Shown: in pieces, positions 10,447 to 21,130 of the stretch | Layout of the letters: each line of letters starts with the position of its first letter | How positions within the stretch are numbered: the stretch's first letter is position 1 | Origin: Candidatus Latescibacterota bacterium | Lineage (GTDB): Bacteria > Latescibacterota > UBA2968 > UBA8231 | Assembly (NCBI GenBank): GCA_965197905.1 | Contig: CBDAOB010000003.1 | Location: forward strand, 224,001 to 288,000 | Direction of reading: 5' to 3' | Length of the DNA: 64,000 nt | Notes under the pieces: model-generated | The model's input: the letters and a program-made list of their open reading frames with translations, nothing else | Databases searched by the model: none | Told to the model about the DNA's origin: nothing | Position numbers and translations under genes: made by a program

Positions 10447-12855
10447 ATGAAAAAAGGCGGAACCTTCGTGGCAATCCTGGTCATCCTTCTTGCCGCCAAA
10501 ATGAGCCCAGCAGGTGCCGTGTCACCGGAGCCAGAGGAGGGATCTGGCTCCGGAGCTATCAAGGGCGCGCTCGAGGATCAGAGCTCAAGGATGCCCTTGG
10601 ACTGGGCCAGCGTCACGCTTGAAGACACGCGGCGAGGCACCATCTCCAATCAGGATGGCGAGTTCACCATTTCTAGAGTTCCGCCCGGCGAATACACGCT
10701 GATCGTCGTGCGCATGGGGTATACGACGCACAGAGTTGAGGGCATTGTCGTCCGCGCTGACGAGACGGTTGTTCTTCCGAGCGTGGCGATGGAAAAACAA
10801 GCCATTCCCCTCAAAGAGATCGTCGTCTCACCGGGAAGCTATACCCTCATGGGCAGTGAGACCTCCGTGCGCCAGACTCTGTCGAGCGAGGATATCGTGA
10901 TCATGGGTTGGGCCGAGGACATCACCCGAGCGGTGCAGCGCAGTCCAGGCATTGTTTCCGACGAATACGGGGCGCAGTTCAGCATCCGCGGTGGCGATGT
11001 CGATGAGGTGCTGGTGCTCCTGGACGGCATGCAGATCTACAAACCGTTCCATCAAAAGGACTTCGGCGGGGGGATCTTCAGCACCGTGGATATCGAGGCG
11101 ATCGAGGGGGTCGATCTGCTGACCGGGGGGTTTACGGCGGACTATGGGGATCGCATGAGCGGCGTCTTGAGCATGCAGAGCAAGACCCCCCGGGATGGAC
11201 AGGTTCAAACCTCGGTGGGTGTGAGTCTGATGAACGCTCGGGTCTTCTCCATGGGAGACCTTTGGGACGGCCGCGGTTCCTACCTGGTCTCGGCGCGGCG
11301 GGGATATCTCGATCTCCTCAACAGTCTGATGAACAATGAGTTCAAGCTGGACCCATCTTATTACGACCTATTGGGGAAGGTGGAGTACGAGCTGACCGAT
11401 ACCCATACACTATCGCTTCACACCTTCGTGGCCAACGACACCTATGGCTTGAGCGAAAAAGTCCTGGAAACGAACCAGTCCGTGAATGTGGATTCGGTCG
11501 ACAGCGAATACGGGAACACCTACGGCTGGCTGACGCTCAAATCGATCTTCTCGCCCGACCTGTACGCACGCACGATCGTGTATGGAGGCTCGGTAACCAA
11601 GAGAAGAGACTGGGAGAACTTCGACCTAGATCCCGATGCAACTCTGGCGAGCGCGACGATCCATGACCGGGTGGACCTGGGACTGATCGGGTTGAAGCAG
11701 GATTGGGATTATCAAGCCGGGCCCAAAACCCTTTTGAAGGTGGGCCTGGATATCAAGAAGGTGGAGGCAACGATCGACTACTCCAAGTCCATCCACAACG
11801 AGTTCATCACCGCTGATGACCGCCTCACCGAACAGATCGAATCATTCAGCGCGAAACGCAATCCCAGTGGCGAGCAGCTGGGGGCTTACCTGGCAGGCCG
11901 TTACAAGCTGACCGCGCCGCTGACGGTGGAGACCGGCCTTCGCTACGACCGCGCTTCCAACACTAAAGACAACCTGTGGAGCCCGCGATTGAGCGCCGTC
12001 TACTCTCTGACGAGTGCGACATTCCTGCGCGCGGGATGGGGGTACTACTATCAAACACAAGGCATCGACCAGCTGCGGGTCCAGTTTGGTGAGCTCGACT
12101 ACGACCCGGCCGAGCGGGCAGAACATTTCGTTCTGGGCTTCGAGCATCTCTTCAGGAATGGTCTCTCTCTGCGCTCGGGAGCGTACCACAAGCGAATGAC
12201 AAAACTCCAGGATAAGTATTACTCATTCCACGATATCGATGAATTCTTCCCCGAAGCGAGGAGCGACCTGGTGCGGCTGTCATTGAACGACGGCACTTCG
12301 CGGGGCATCGAGACCTACTTGAAATACGATACGGGGAATAAGCTCTCTTGGTGGCTGAGTTACGTGCTGTCCGAGGCGACCGACGATGTCGCCGAAATTC
12401 ACTTCGATGGGAGCTTGATCAAGAAGACCGGAGAGCTGCCGCGCGCCTGGGACCAGCGGCACACCTTGAACATCGATGCCAATTACCGGCTCAGTGACGC
12501 CTGGCACTTCAATGCCACCTGGAAACAACGAACCGGCTGGCCCAACACGGACTTCGAGGTCAGGCGTCTACAGCGAGAAGACGGCACCTTCGCCTACTAC
12601 CAGAAGCGCGGCGTGTTCCGCGGCACGCGGGTGCCCTCCTACCAGCGCCTCGACGCGCGGATCAACCGTCATTTCTATACCTCGCGGGGGAAGACCTCTA
12701 TCTTTCTGCACGTGATAAATCTGCTCAACCACGAGAACGTGATCCGTTACGACCACGACCTGGCGGAGGAGAGCGCCGAAAGCTTCCGCGCCGACATCGA
12801 GTCCGAGGCCTGGTTTGGTCTCATACCGTTCATAGGCATGAGCTGGGAGTTCTAG
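10447..12855 (+). CDS. TonB-dependent receptor with N-terminal carboxypeptidase-regulatory-like domain
   Basis: Signal peptide, plug motif FSIRGG...LLDGM, GGFTADYGDRMSGVL, C-terminal WEF. Confidence 0.92.
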   Translation: MKKGGTFVAILVILLAAKMSPAGAVSPEPEEGSGSGAIKGALEDQSSRMPLDWASVTLEDTRRGTISNQDGEFTISRVPPGEYTLIVVRMGYTTHRVEGIVVRADETVVLPSVAMEKQAIPLKEIVVSPGSYTLMGSETSVRQTLSSEDIVIMGWAEDITRAVQRSPGIVSDEYGAQFSIRGGDVDEVLVLLDGMQIYKPFHQKDFGGGIFSTVDIEAIEGVDLLTGGFTADYGDRMSGVLSMQSKTPRDGQVQTSVGVSLMNARVFSMGDLWDGRGSYLVSARRGYLDLLNSLMNNEFKLDPSYYDLLGKVEYELTDTHTLSLHTFVANDTYGLSEKVLETNQSVNVDSVDSEYGNTYGWLTLKSIFSPDLYARTIVYGGSVTKRRDWENFDLDPDATLASATIHDRVDLGLIGLKQDWDYQAGPKTLLKVGLDIKKVEATIDYSKSIHNEFITADDRLTEQIESFSAKRNPSGEQLGAYLAGRYKLTAPLTVETGLRYDRASNTKDNLWSPRLSAVYSLTSATFLRAGWGYYYQTQGIDQLRVQFGELDYDPAERAEHFVLGFEHLFRNGLSLRSGAYHKRMTKLQDKYYSFHDIDEFFPEARSDLVRLSLNDGTSRGIETYLKYDTGNKLSWWLSYVLSEATDDVAEIHFDGSLIKKTGELPRAWDQRHTLNIDANYRLSDAWHFNATWKQRTGWPNTDFEVRRLQREDGTFAYYQKRGVFRGTRVPSYQRLDARINRHFYTSRGKTSIFLHVINLLNHENVIRYDHDLAEESAESFRADIESEAWFGLIPFIGMSWEF

Positions 12856-12982
12856 TGGTCACCTCGCAGTCGATTGAAAAGCCCGCCGGGCGCTGAGCCG
12901 GAGAGGCGCAGGGCATCCGTTGGCGAGTTGCGGCTCTCGCTGTGCGCAACCATCTTCGTTCCAATCGAGAGGGAGCTCAACC

Positions 12983-13906
12983 ATGCTTTTACTGACGGAT
13001 CGTGCCGTGTTTGTCGCTGGCGACGCGAGCGAGACGGTAGAACCCGAATTGCTCCTGGAGGGCGAGGAGATGCACTGCGCGTGCATGGCAGGATCGTCGG
13101 CCGCGGTAGCCGGTCGAGACGGCTCAATCGTCCTGATCGACAACGGCCGTGTCGAGCGCCAGGAAACAGGGCTGGATGACCGTATAGAATGCCTGGATAT
13201 CCTCGGTGATCATCCGTTCGAACTGCTGCTCGGCACCGAGTCCGCTCATGTGTTCCGCTTCACCCCGGGCGCAACCGCGGAGCGTCTCGAGGCCTTCGAT
13301 CATCTCGAATGTCGGAGTGAGTGGTATACGCCCTGGGGTGGACCGCCCGCCGTGCGCAGTCTCGTCCACGCCGGCGACTGCGTCTACGCCGATATCCATG
13401 TCGGCAGCATCATGCGTTCCATGGACCGTGGGAATTCATGGGAACCCGTCACCGCTGATCTGCACGAAGACGTTCACCAGGTGGTAACCTGTGCAGCTGC
13501 GACTGCAAGGGTGTATGCTAACACGGCCGACGCTGTTTTCATCAGCAACGACCGTGGACAGACCTGGGATCATTGTGCCAGTGGATTGGCAGCTCGATAC
13601 GGCCGCGCGATCGCCGTTCATCCCTCCGACCCCGACTGCCTGCTCGCTTCGGTCAGCGAAGGGCCCCGCGCCAATGTGAACGGACAGCTCTATCGCTCCG
13701 ACGACGCCGGCCGTACCTGGGCACACGTAACCGATGGTTTTCCCTCTGCGACAAGTGAAAATATAGATACCTTTCACCTGGGTTTCTCCGTTGACGGGGG
13801 AGCCTGGGCAGCGGTCGAACGGCAACTCTACGTCAGTGTAGATCGAGGCAGAGAGTGGACGGTTGCGTGGGAGGCGTCGAGTCCAATCCTGGCCATCGCT
13901 TGTTGA
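12983..13906 (+). CDS. BNR/Asp-box repeat beta-propeller protein
   Basis: Repeated S-x-D-x-G-x-[ST]-W (SMDRGNSW, SNDRGQTW, SDDAGRTW, SVDRGREW), WYTPWGGPP. Confidence 0.8.
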   Translation: MLLLTDRAVFVAGDASETVEPELLLEGEEMHCACMAGSSAAVAGRDGSIVLIDNGRVERQETGLDDRIECLDILGDHPFELLLGTESAHVFRFTPGATAERLEAFDHLECRSEWYTPWGGPPAVRSLVHAGDCVYADIHVGSIMRSMDRGNSWEPVTADLHEDVHQVVTCAAATARVYANTADAVFISNDRGQTWDHCASGLAARYGRAIAVHPSDPDCLLASVSEGPRANVNGQLYRSDDAGRTWAHVTDGFPSATSENIDTFHLGFSVDGGAWAAVERQLYVSVDRGREWTVAWEASSPILAIAC

Positions 13907-14171
13907 GAGAAAGTGAGGACTACGTCCCGATCTAGACGGGCGGCTGGAGAAAGTTGTAGCCTGATCGAGCCTGGCCGTTTGAGAACTAGCTCCTTTTTCC
14001 CCTCCTGGAAGTATTTTCCTCTTCGCAAGCTCTTGGATTCGTTCGGTCCGTGACCTCAACTCCATAATTTTCAAGTACTTAAATAATATGTCTGAGCGCC
14101 AAAACTAAGCGGGCTCTCATTTGCTTTAATCCTCGCCAGGATGATGACTCACCAAGCGGGGATGCAAGCAA

Positions 14172-15176
14172 TTGTTTGAGCTTCGTGACAATGCCGTAAC
14201 CTACGGTATCTATACGATACTTATGGCCTGTCTGGCAGCCGCCGCCTTTGGCGGTCTTGCCGATCTGCCTTTCGATACGGACGACTTCGATTACATCCAG
14301 GATGCGCGATCGCTCCTGGACGAGCCGTCTCGCCTGTTTGCGCCTGACAACCGGCTGCCCGGGCGCCCCACTACTGCCACACTTTTTGCGCTGACCTACG
14401 CCCTGTGGGGGAACGATCCGACCAGTTACCACCTGCTCCTCGTAGGACTGCATCTCCTCGCTAGCTTGTCGTTGGCGTACACCCTCCGGCGGCTTGGTGT
14501 GGGGCTCGAGCTTTCCTTTCTGGCGGGCCTCCTATTCCTACTCAACGTTGCTCATTTTCGGGCGGTGCAGTGGATCTCCTGTGTGGCCTATCCGCTCGCG
14601 CTTATTCTGGGTCTTGTTTCAATCTTGTTTCTCCAGCGCTTTCTGGAATCTAGAAAGAGATCTTTCCTGGCGCTGGCCGCTGCTGCGTTAGCGCTAGCCG
14701 TAGGCAGCCATCCCGCCTCGGCGTCCTTCGCTCTCTTCTGCACCTACCGAGTCTGGCGGCAGGGCCATGACGTTAGAACTTTCGTTATCTCGACTGGCCC
14801 TCTCCTGTTCGTCGCAATCGCTGGTGTTGTTTTCTTGCATGCCACTTTCCCGGATGCGCCGCAGTCAGCCGAGCTCATCACAGCACCAACTTTAGAACTG
14901 ATCCTCCAGAATCTGCTGGTTCTATCGGGCCGACTGGTGACCGCTGGCCATTGGTTGCCCTTGTTACCCAGCGCACCTCTCCACTGGGAATGGGTCTTGG
15001 GAGCTGCGGTTGTGACAGGGCTCGTCGTTCTGGTCCTGCGGCGCGCACAAGCATTTGACGAGTGGGCTGTATGGACGATGGTCGCGATTCTTCCCTTTAT
15101 CAGTCGCGACATGGAGGGGCTGTCTCGACATCTCTACTTTGCGTCGGCCGGATTCTCCGTCCTGCTGGCGTTATGA
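14172..15176 (+). CDS. N-terminal multi-TM GT-C-like half of a TMTC-like protein
   Basis: DTDDFDYI loop, GRP, YHLLLVGLHLL, HFRAVQWI, RHLYFAS. Confidence 0.7.
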   Translation: MFELRDNAVTYGIYTILMACLAAAAFGGLADLPFDTDDFDYIQDARSLLDEPSRLFAPDNRLPGRPTTATLFALTYALWGNDPTSYHLLLVGLHLLASLSLAYTLRRLGVGLELSFLAGLLFLLNVAHFRAVQWISCVAYPLALILGLVSILFLQRFLESRKRSFLALAAAALALAVGSHPASASFALFCTYRVWRQGHDVRTFVISTGPLLFVAIAGVVFLHATFPDAPQSAELITAPTLELILQNLLVLSGRLVTAGHWLPLLPSAPLHWEWVLGAAVVTGLVVLVLRRAQAFDEWAVWTMVAILPFISRDMEGLSRHLYFASAGFSVLLAL

Positions 15177-16390
15177 TAGCTGGGGTGGCGCGTAACTGCG
15201 GGCACCTGCGATGCCTTCCGGGGCGTCGATTTATTCTGGTTTCGATCTCGATTGCTGTAGCTGCCTACGCTACTCTCGCCTTACAACGATCCGAGGCAAT
15301 CGCGTATTATTACTCGGGAAGAGCCTATGCGGTAAGAGGTGAGCAGAAGGAGGCACTCAGCCATTTCAAGAAGGCAGTGGCAGTCGATGCAATGCTGGTC
15401 CCCGAGGACGGCTACAAACGCATGGCTGTCTGTGGTTTCTTATTTGGTGAATCGACAGCGCTTTTGCTCGAAGAAGGCCTGCTACATTATCCGCAATCGC
15501 CGACGATAGAGATTTTTCTCGGAATCAACGAATTCTTGAATGAAGATCCACGGGCTTGGAACCGAGGAGAGCGTTGGGTCTATGGTGCATTGGAGAATGC
15601 TCCGGACCGAGGCCGATTGCAGCAGCATGCAGCCATCGCCATCAATCACCTGGGCCTACACTTTCGGGGTGCCGGAGAGTTCGAGCGCGCGGCCAGTTTG
15701 CATGTGCGCGCTCTCAAGCTGCGCCCGTCGTATTCCAAAGCCCTTCTCGCGCTGAACCAGGCTCTTGACGCCCAGGGAAAGAGCACGGAAGCGATTCGAG
15801 TATGCCGGGAAGCCGTACGGCTATACCCCCGCGACCCTACCGCACTTCACGAATTCGGACGACTGCTGGCCCGATCTGGCCACCGATCGGAAGCTCTGGC
15901 GACGCTGGAGAGAGCACTGGACCTGGATGCCTCCCGACCCTGGTCCTGGTTCGTAGCATGCCAGCTTCAGCGGCTTACCGGCGATCCGGTTGCGGCACGC
16001 ACAAAGATTCTTGAGGCACTCAGACTAGATCCGTCGCAAAAGAAATTTTGGATTGAGTATTTCAATGTGGGCATCGACTATCACACTAGAGGCGTTCTGG
16101 AAGAGGCTCTCGCCATATACGGTGAAGTTATTCAAGAGATGCCACAAAATGCGATGGTTCACCACAACCTGGGCGTCCTATACTACAGCCAGGGACGATG
16201 GGGGGACGCCGTTGCCTCGTTTAGTCGAACTGTCGAACTGGAACCGGAAAACTCGGGAGCCCATCTGTTGCTAGGTCAGGCTTATCAGCGCGGCGGCCGC
16301 ACGACCGAAGCGATTCGCTCCTACGAACGCACTCTCGCCCTCAATCCAGACAGCCTCAGTGCCAAAGAGAACCTGCTGGCATTGCTGTAA
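15173..16390 (+). CDS. TPR-repeat protein (C-terminal half of a split TMTC-like gene)
   Basis: One TM segment then multiple TPRs (HHNLGVLYYSQG, AHLLLGQAY). ATG overlaps the upstream TGA (ATGA). Confidence 0.75.
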   Translation: MIAGVARNCGHLRCLPGRRFILVSISIAVAAYATLALQRSEAIAYYYSGRAYAVRGEQKEALSHFKKAVAVDAMLVPEDGYKRMAVCGFLFGESTALLLEEGLLHYPQSPTIEIFLGINEFLNEDPRAWNRGERWVYGALENAPDRGRLQQHAAIAINHLGLHFRGAGEFERAASLHVRALKLRPSYSKALLALNQALDAQGKSTEAIRVCREAVRLYPRDPTALHEFGRLLARSGHRSEALATLERALDLDASRPWSWFVACQLQRLTGDPVAARTKILEALRLDPSQKKFWIEYFNVGIDYHTRGVLEEALAIYGEVIQEMPQNAMVHHNLGVLYYSQGRWGDAVASFSRTVELEPENSGAHLLLGQAYQRGGRTTEAIRSYERTLALNPDSLSAKENLLALL

Positions 16391-16606
16391 CGTTTAACCC
16401 TTTCGCGCTTTTCCGCACCTCCGTCTCATGGCGAGATCCTCGCTTGCTCCAACGAGGCTATAGCCGATCTTCAAGAGCATGAGTCGCCTGGTTGGGTTGC
16501 TGATTTCGGTTATGACCACTACACCACCATCGGCTTCAAGCGCGATCACCAGGAATACGACGATCTGTTCCAGCGCATCAGAGACCGCGGTGAGTGGTCG
16601 GGGTTC

Positions 16607-18664
16607 GTGCGGGCGACGATCGGGTTTCACGGAGTACGGACGGCCGTACTGAGGTTGGAATCAAAGCGGCGGGGCGCAAATCGAGACCTACGCGTGCAAA
16701 GAGCCAAAAAACCTTTCGTGAGCGCCAGAACCTTTTTCTGTTTGCTCTTGGTCGCCGTTGGTTCTGGGATATACTCCAACAGCCTGGAGGGTCCATTCTT
16801 CTACGATGATATCGCTTCGATCGTAGAGAACAAGGCACTCAGACAGCTGTGGCCCCCCCTGTGGCTGACCAACATAGGGTCGCCGGAGAAAGGGCTGGAT
16901 GGCAGGCCGGTCGTCGGTTTTTCTTTCGCCATCAACTACGCCATCGGCGGCCTGAACGTGCGCGGCTACCACCTGGTGAACGTCGCCGTGCACATCCTCT
17001 GTGCCCTGGCTCTCTTCGCGCTTGTGCGACGAACGCTGTTAAGCGCAAAGTTACGTCTGCGGTTCGGAGCGGCGGCCGATGGCCTGGCCTTTTCCTGTGC
17101 GCTGCTGTGGATCGTCCACCCGCTACAGAGTCAATGCGTCAACCACATCGTGAGACGAGCCGAATCGCTCACCGGGTTGTTCTACCTGCTCGTGATCTAC
17201 TGCATTATCCGTACCGCCGAAAGCCACCGTCACAGGTGGTCTGTGGCGGCCGTACTGGCGTGTGGCCTGGGAATGGGCAGCAAGGAGGTAATGGTTACGG
17301 CCCCGCTGATGGGATTGCTCTACGATCGGGTGTTCTTGTCTTTTTCCTGGCGACAGCTCTCGACCCGATGGGGGTTGTTCGCGGGGCTGGCAGCGACATG
17401 GCTCATCCTGGCGGCGTTGATGTGGACCACTCCGCATGGACGTTCGATCGGTCTTTCAGGAGGGATAAGTTCCTGGGACTATGCGCTAAACCAGTGCTGG
17501 GTGATCGTAACCTACCTGCAACACGTTCTGTGGCCCTACAATCTGATCCTCGATTATGGCTTCCCGATCGTACCCTTGCCACTCGGCGAGGTAATGGCGT
17601 ACGCCGGAGTGGTAGTCGCGCTCTTGCTGCTCACGGCTGCTGCCTTGTGGTACCAACCTATGTTCGGTTTTCTCGGCGCCTGGTTTTTTGTCATTCTGGC
17701 GCCGACTTCTAGTTTCGTGCCCATTGTCAACGAGGTAGGTGCTGAACGCCGCATGTATCTGCCTCTGGCCGGATTGGTCGTGCTCTCAGTCGTGGTGGTA
17801 TATCTTGCCCTGCAGTGGATGGCAAAACAGCGGCGACGGACCCAATATTCTATGGCTGCCCGGATCGGCGTTGTATTGGTTGTGGCGCTTGCTATAGTGT
17901 GGAGTGTTGGAACCATTCGGCGCAATCGCGACTACCGCAGTAGTCTTGCCATCTGGCAGACCGTGGTGGAAAGAGCGCCGCGCAATCCTCGCGGCTACGA
18001 CGGCGTGGGCAGAGCGCTGGGGCTTGAGGGTCGTACAGACGAAGCAATGACGTATTATAGGCGAGCCATAGAGGTCGATTCCGATTATGCCGATGCACAC
18101 TATAATCTTGCAATCTTGCTGCAGACAAAAGGTAACACCGACGAAGCGATACATCACTACCGGAGCGCCCTGTCACTTGATCCACACTTTGTCGAAGTGC
18201 ACAACAATCTGGGCAACGCGCTAAGATCGAAGGGCAACATAGAAGAGGCGACGGCGCACTATCGAAAGGCCATAGAATTCGATCCCAACTACACAGAAGC
18301 GTACAACAATCTGGCCAGTGCGCTAAAGACGCAGGGCCGGGAGGATGAAGCAACGGTGTATTACCGGCGGTCCATCCAAATCGATCCCAATTTTTTCGAA
18401 GCTCATTACAATCTTGCTACGTTACTGCACACAGAAGGGAAATTGGACGAAGCGATAGCGAACTACCGCGGAGCGCTGCGCCTGAAACCCGATTTCGCAA
18501 AGGCGTACAACAATCTGGGCAGTGCACTCGGATCTCAAGGAGATATACAAGAGGCAATAGAACATTACCGTAGAGCGATAGAGCTTGAACCCAATTTTGT
18601 CGAGGCGCGCCAGAATTTAGATACGGTCTTAAGGCTGCAAGAACAACAGCAGGAGCAAGAGTGA
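16607..18664 (+). CDS. TMTC-like membrane glycosyltransferase-TPR protein (start uncertain, possibly 16694 or 16718)
   Basis: FFYDD, YHLVNVAVH, HPLQSQCV, SKE, AERRMYLP, then about 6 regular TPRs (AHYNLA/AYNNLG). Confidence 0.85.
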   Translation: MRATIGFHGVRTAVLRLESKRRGANRDLRVQRAKKPFVSARTFFCLLLVAVGSGIYSNSLEGPFFYDDIASIVENKALRQLWPPLWLTNIGSPEKGLDGRPVVGFSFAINYAIGGLNVRGYHLVNVAVHILCALALFALVRRTLLSAKLRLRFGAAADGLAFSCALLWIVHPLQSQCVNHIVRRAESLTGLFYLLVIYCIIRTAESHRHRWSVAAVLACGLGMGSKEVMVTAPLMGLLYDRVFLSFSWRQLSTRWGLFAGLAATWLILAALMWTTPHGRSIGLSGGISSWDYALNQCWVIVTYLQHVLWPYNLILDYGFPIVPLPLGEVMAYAGVVVALLLLTAAALWYQPMFGFLGAWFFVILAPTSSFVPIVNEVGAERRMYLPLAGLVVLSVVVVYLALQWMAKQRRRTQYSMAARIGVVLVVALAIVWSVGTIRRNRDYRSSLAIWQTVVERAPRNPRGYDGVGRALGLEGRTDEAMTYYRRAIEVDSDYADAHYNLAILLQTKGNTDEAIHHYRSALSLDPHFVEVHNNLGNALRSKGNIEEATAHYRKAIEFDPNYTEAYNNLASALKTQGREDEATVYYRRSIQIDPNFFEAHYNLATLLHTEGKLDEAIANYRGALRLKPDFAKAYNNLGSALGSQGDIQEAIEHYRRAIELEPNFVEARQNLDTVLRLQEQQQEQE

Positions 18665-18766
18665 TGCGAGGTGGTCGGGAGTCCGTCGACGCTTTCCCGC
18701 CTCTTTCCGCGGGTCTCGGTACTCTTTTAGCTTTCTGAGCGATCAGTAGGTACCAAGGAGGAGCGA

Positions 18767-19258
18767 ATGCCGTCGTTTGACGTGGTAAATCAAGTCGATA
18801 TGCAGGAAATCAGCAACGCGGTCAACAACGCCAGGAAGGAGCTGGCGCAGCGATGGGATTTCAAGGGGTCGAATTCGGAGATCGAGTTGAGTGCGAAGAC
18901 GAATCAGATCATCCTGCGGACGGAGGATGAGATGAAGATGCAGGCGCTGCGTGAGCTTCTGCTAACGCACTCCGTACGTCGTAAGGTCGAAACGGAATGT
19001 CTGGAATTCAAAGAGGTAGAAATGGCGGGAGGCAAGATGCTCCGCCGTGAAGTCGAAATCCATCAGGGGATCGATCGCGACATCGCGCGACAGATCGTCA
19101 AGGATGTGAAAGACACGAAGATAAAGGTGCAGGTGGCGATTCAAGGGGAGGAGCTACGTGTCTCGGGGAAGAAGCGGGATGACCTTCAGACGGTGATTTC
19201 ACTGCTGAAGTCTGGCGAGTACAAGATCCCGTTGCAGTTTGTGAACATGAGAGACTGA
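18767..19258 (+). CDS. yajQ: YajQ family nucleotide/c-di-GMP-binding protein
   Basis: MPSFDVV, RWDFKGS, IQGEELRVSGKKRDDLQ, PLQFVNMRD, AGGAGG SD. Confidence 0.96.
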   Translation: MPSFDVVNQVDMQEISNAVNNARKELAQRWDFKGSNSEIELSAKTNQIILRTEDEMKMQALRELLLTHSVRRKVETECLEFKEVEMAGGKMLRREVEIHQGIDRDIARQIVKDVKDTKIKVQVAIQGEELRVSGKKRDDLQTVISLLKSGEYKIPLQFVNMRD

Positions 19259-19332
19259 GTGCGCGCCGACGATCCTTCAGTAACGGAATCAGTTCGCTCG
19301 TTGTCCCTGGTATTTGCGCGTCAATCACGCCA

Positions 19333-19992
19333 TCAAATCTCTTCGAGTGCGATTGCACGGGTCCACGAAGCGGTCACGCGCCGCAGCTTGGTTGGCAGCG
19401 CGATGAAGAAAACGCGCTCGTTGGTGATCTGGTTCAGGCCGTCGACGCCGTCGACCAAAGGTATACCGGACAGGAGCAGGCGGGCATCGCCGCTTCCAGG
19501 TCCAAAGGGTGTGCCGGGAGGCGCGAAGCGGAGGTTCTCCATCGCCATGAGTTTGATCCGGGTTTCCAGCAGCCAGTCCATCGCTTCCACCGAAACGTAC
19601 GGTTTGCCGTCGGCGTACTCCGCATTTCCCCATGCAAGAACGATGTCGCCGGTTTCGACGCCAGCCTTGCGAAAGTCCGCGGCCGTCAACGGCTCGCCAG
19701 CTTCCTTGTGCTCGAAGTTGCAGGCCGCCGCCTCGCCCAGATAAGAGTCCAGCGGCATGGTCGTTACATCCGCTCCACCATCTTCGTACTTGGAGGTGGA
19801 TTCCGCGTGAGTACCACAATGAGTGTGGCCCTGTAAAAAATGCATGCGGGCACCGTAGGCAATGAACTCCTGAACTTCCGTGGGCCGTCCCGACTTGGGT
19901 TCGCCGTGCAAATAGCGGCCGTCTATCTTGCGCTCTCCGGGCACGACTTCACGCGACAGATCAATTATCCGGTATTTGCTCAGATCGATCAT
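19333..19992 (-). CDS. Cyclase (kynurenine formamidase-like) family protein
   Basis: IIDLS, HCGTHAES, GDIVL, FIALPTKL...RAIA. Confidence 0.85.
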   Translation of the reverse strand: MIDLSKYRIIDLSREVVPGERKIDGRYLHGEPKSGRPTEVQEFIAYGARMHFLQGHTHCGTHAESTSKYEDGGADVTTMPLDSYLGEAAACNFEHKEAGEPLTAADFRKAGVETGDIVLAWGNAEYADGKPYVSVEAMDWLLETRIKLMAMENLRFAPPGTPFGPGSGDARLLLSGIPLVDGVDGLNQITNERVFFIALPTKLRRVTASWTRAIALEEI

Positions 19993-20204
19993 CTATCTAC
20001 TCCCTTCAATTCGAGCACATCCTGACTTCTCGCGCCGGTCTGAACCGGCCATTGGAATCTCCTCCACGGTTTCCTTGTATTATTGTGCCGGTGCGATAAT
20101 ATGTGCAATAATTCAAAGAAGCGTTTTTCCATGTCCTCCGGTCCGTTGCCAGTTCTGATGGTGAAGGCACCTGGAGGCGTCAGGGACCTACGAAAGGAGA
20201 GTTC

Positions 20205-21053
20205 GTGAAAGAAACCAGCCTGAAAGCAGGGGACGTAGAGCAACTGGCCACCGGATTCGGTTTCGTCGAAGGGCCGGTGTGGCACCAGCACGGCTACTGG
20301 CTGTTCAGCGACATACCCTCCAACCGCATCCACAGGATTTCTCCCGAAGGCACGGTCGAGATCTACCGCGAGCCTTCAGGCAACAGCAACGGTCTCACGA
20401 TCAACCGTGCGGGACGGTTGCTGGCCTGTGAGCACGGCAACAGAAGGGTTTCGATTTCCGACATCGGCGGCACCGAGGAGGTTCTCGTCGATTCCTACGA
20501 GGGCAAGCGACTGAACAGTCCCAACGATGTGGTGACCCATTCCGGTGGGGCTGTCTACTTCACCGATCCTCCGTACGGTATCAAACCCCCCGAGCAAATG
20601 GAGCAGGATCATTCCGGTGTTTACCGGGTGGATGCCGAGGGAGAGATTCAACTGCTCGTCGCCGACTTCGAGAAGCCCAACGGTCTGGCCTTCTCGCCTG
20701 ACGAGTCGGTGCTGTATATCGACGACTCGCACCATCAGCACATACGGTCGTTCGATGTTGCGAACGACGGCTCCCTGCGCAACGGTCGTGTCTTCGCCGA
20801 CCTGGCCCACGAGAGCGCCGGAGTGCCCGATGGTATGAAGGTCGACCAGGATGGCAACGTCTACGCCACCAATTCGCTGGGCATATGGGTCCACGACAGT
20901 CAGGGGGATTTTCTCGGCCTGATCACCGTTCCGGAGGTGCCGGCCAACTGCGCCTGGGGAGAAGACGGGCAGACTCTGTTCATCACTGCCCGAACCTCGG
21001 TATACCGCGTGCGTATGAACGTGCCCGGGGTGAAGGTGGTCCACGAAACCTGA
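20205..21053 (+). CDS. SMP-30/gluconolactonase/LRE family protein
   Basis: EGPVW, FSDIP, SNGL, LNSPND, FTDPPYG, PNGLAFSPDE, PDGMKVD, PANCAW. Confidence 0.93.
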   Translation: MKETSLKAGDVEQLATGFGFVEGPVWHQHGYWLFSDIPSNRIHRISPEGTVEIYREPSGNSNGLTINRAGRLLACEHGNRRVSISDIGGTEEVLVDSYEGKRLNSPNDVVTHSGGAVYFTDPPYGIKPPEQMEQDHSGVYRVDAEGEIQLLVADFEKPNGLAFSPDESVLYIDDSHHQHIRSFDVANDGSLRNGRVFADLAHESAGVPDGMKVDQDGNVYATNSLGIWVHDSQGDFLGLITVPEVPANCAWGEDGQTLFITARTSVYRVRMNVPGVKVVHET

Positions 21054-21130
21054 CAGGTCGACAACAACCACGCCCTCTTGCCTGTCAATGCGGATACTCA
21101 AACAAGCTCCATAGAAGTTCACTCAACGGG

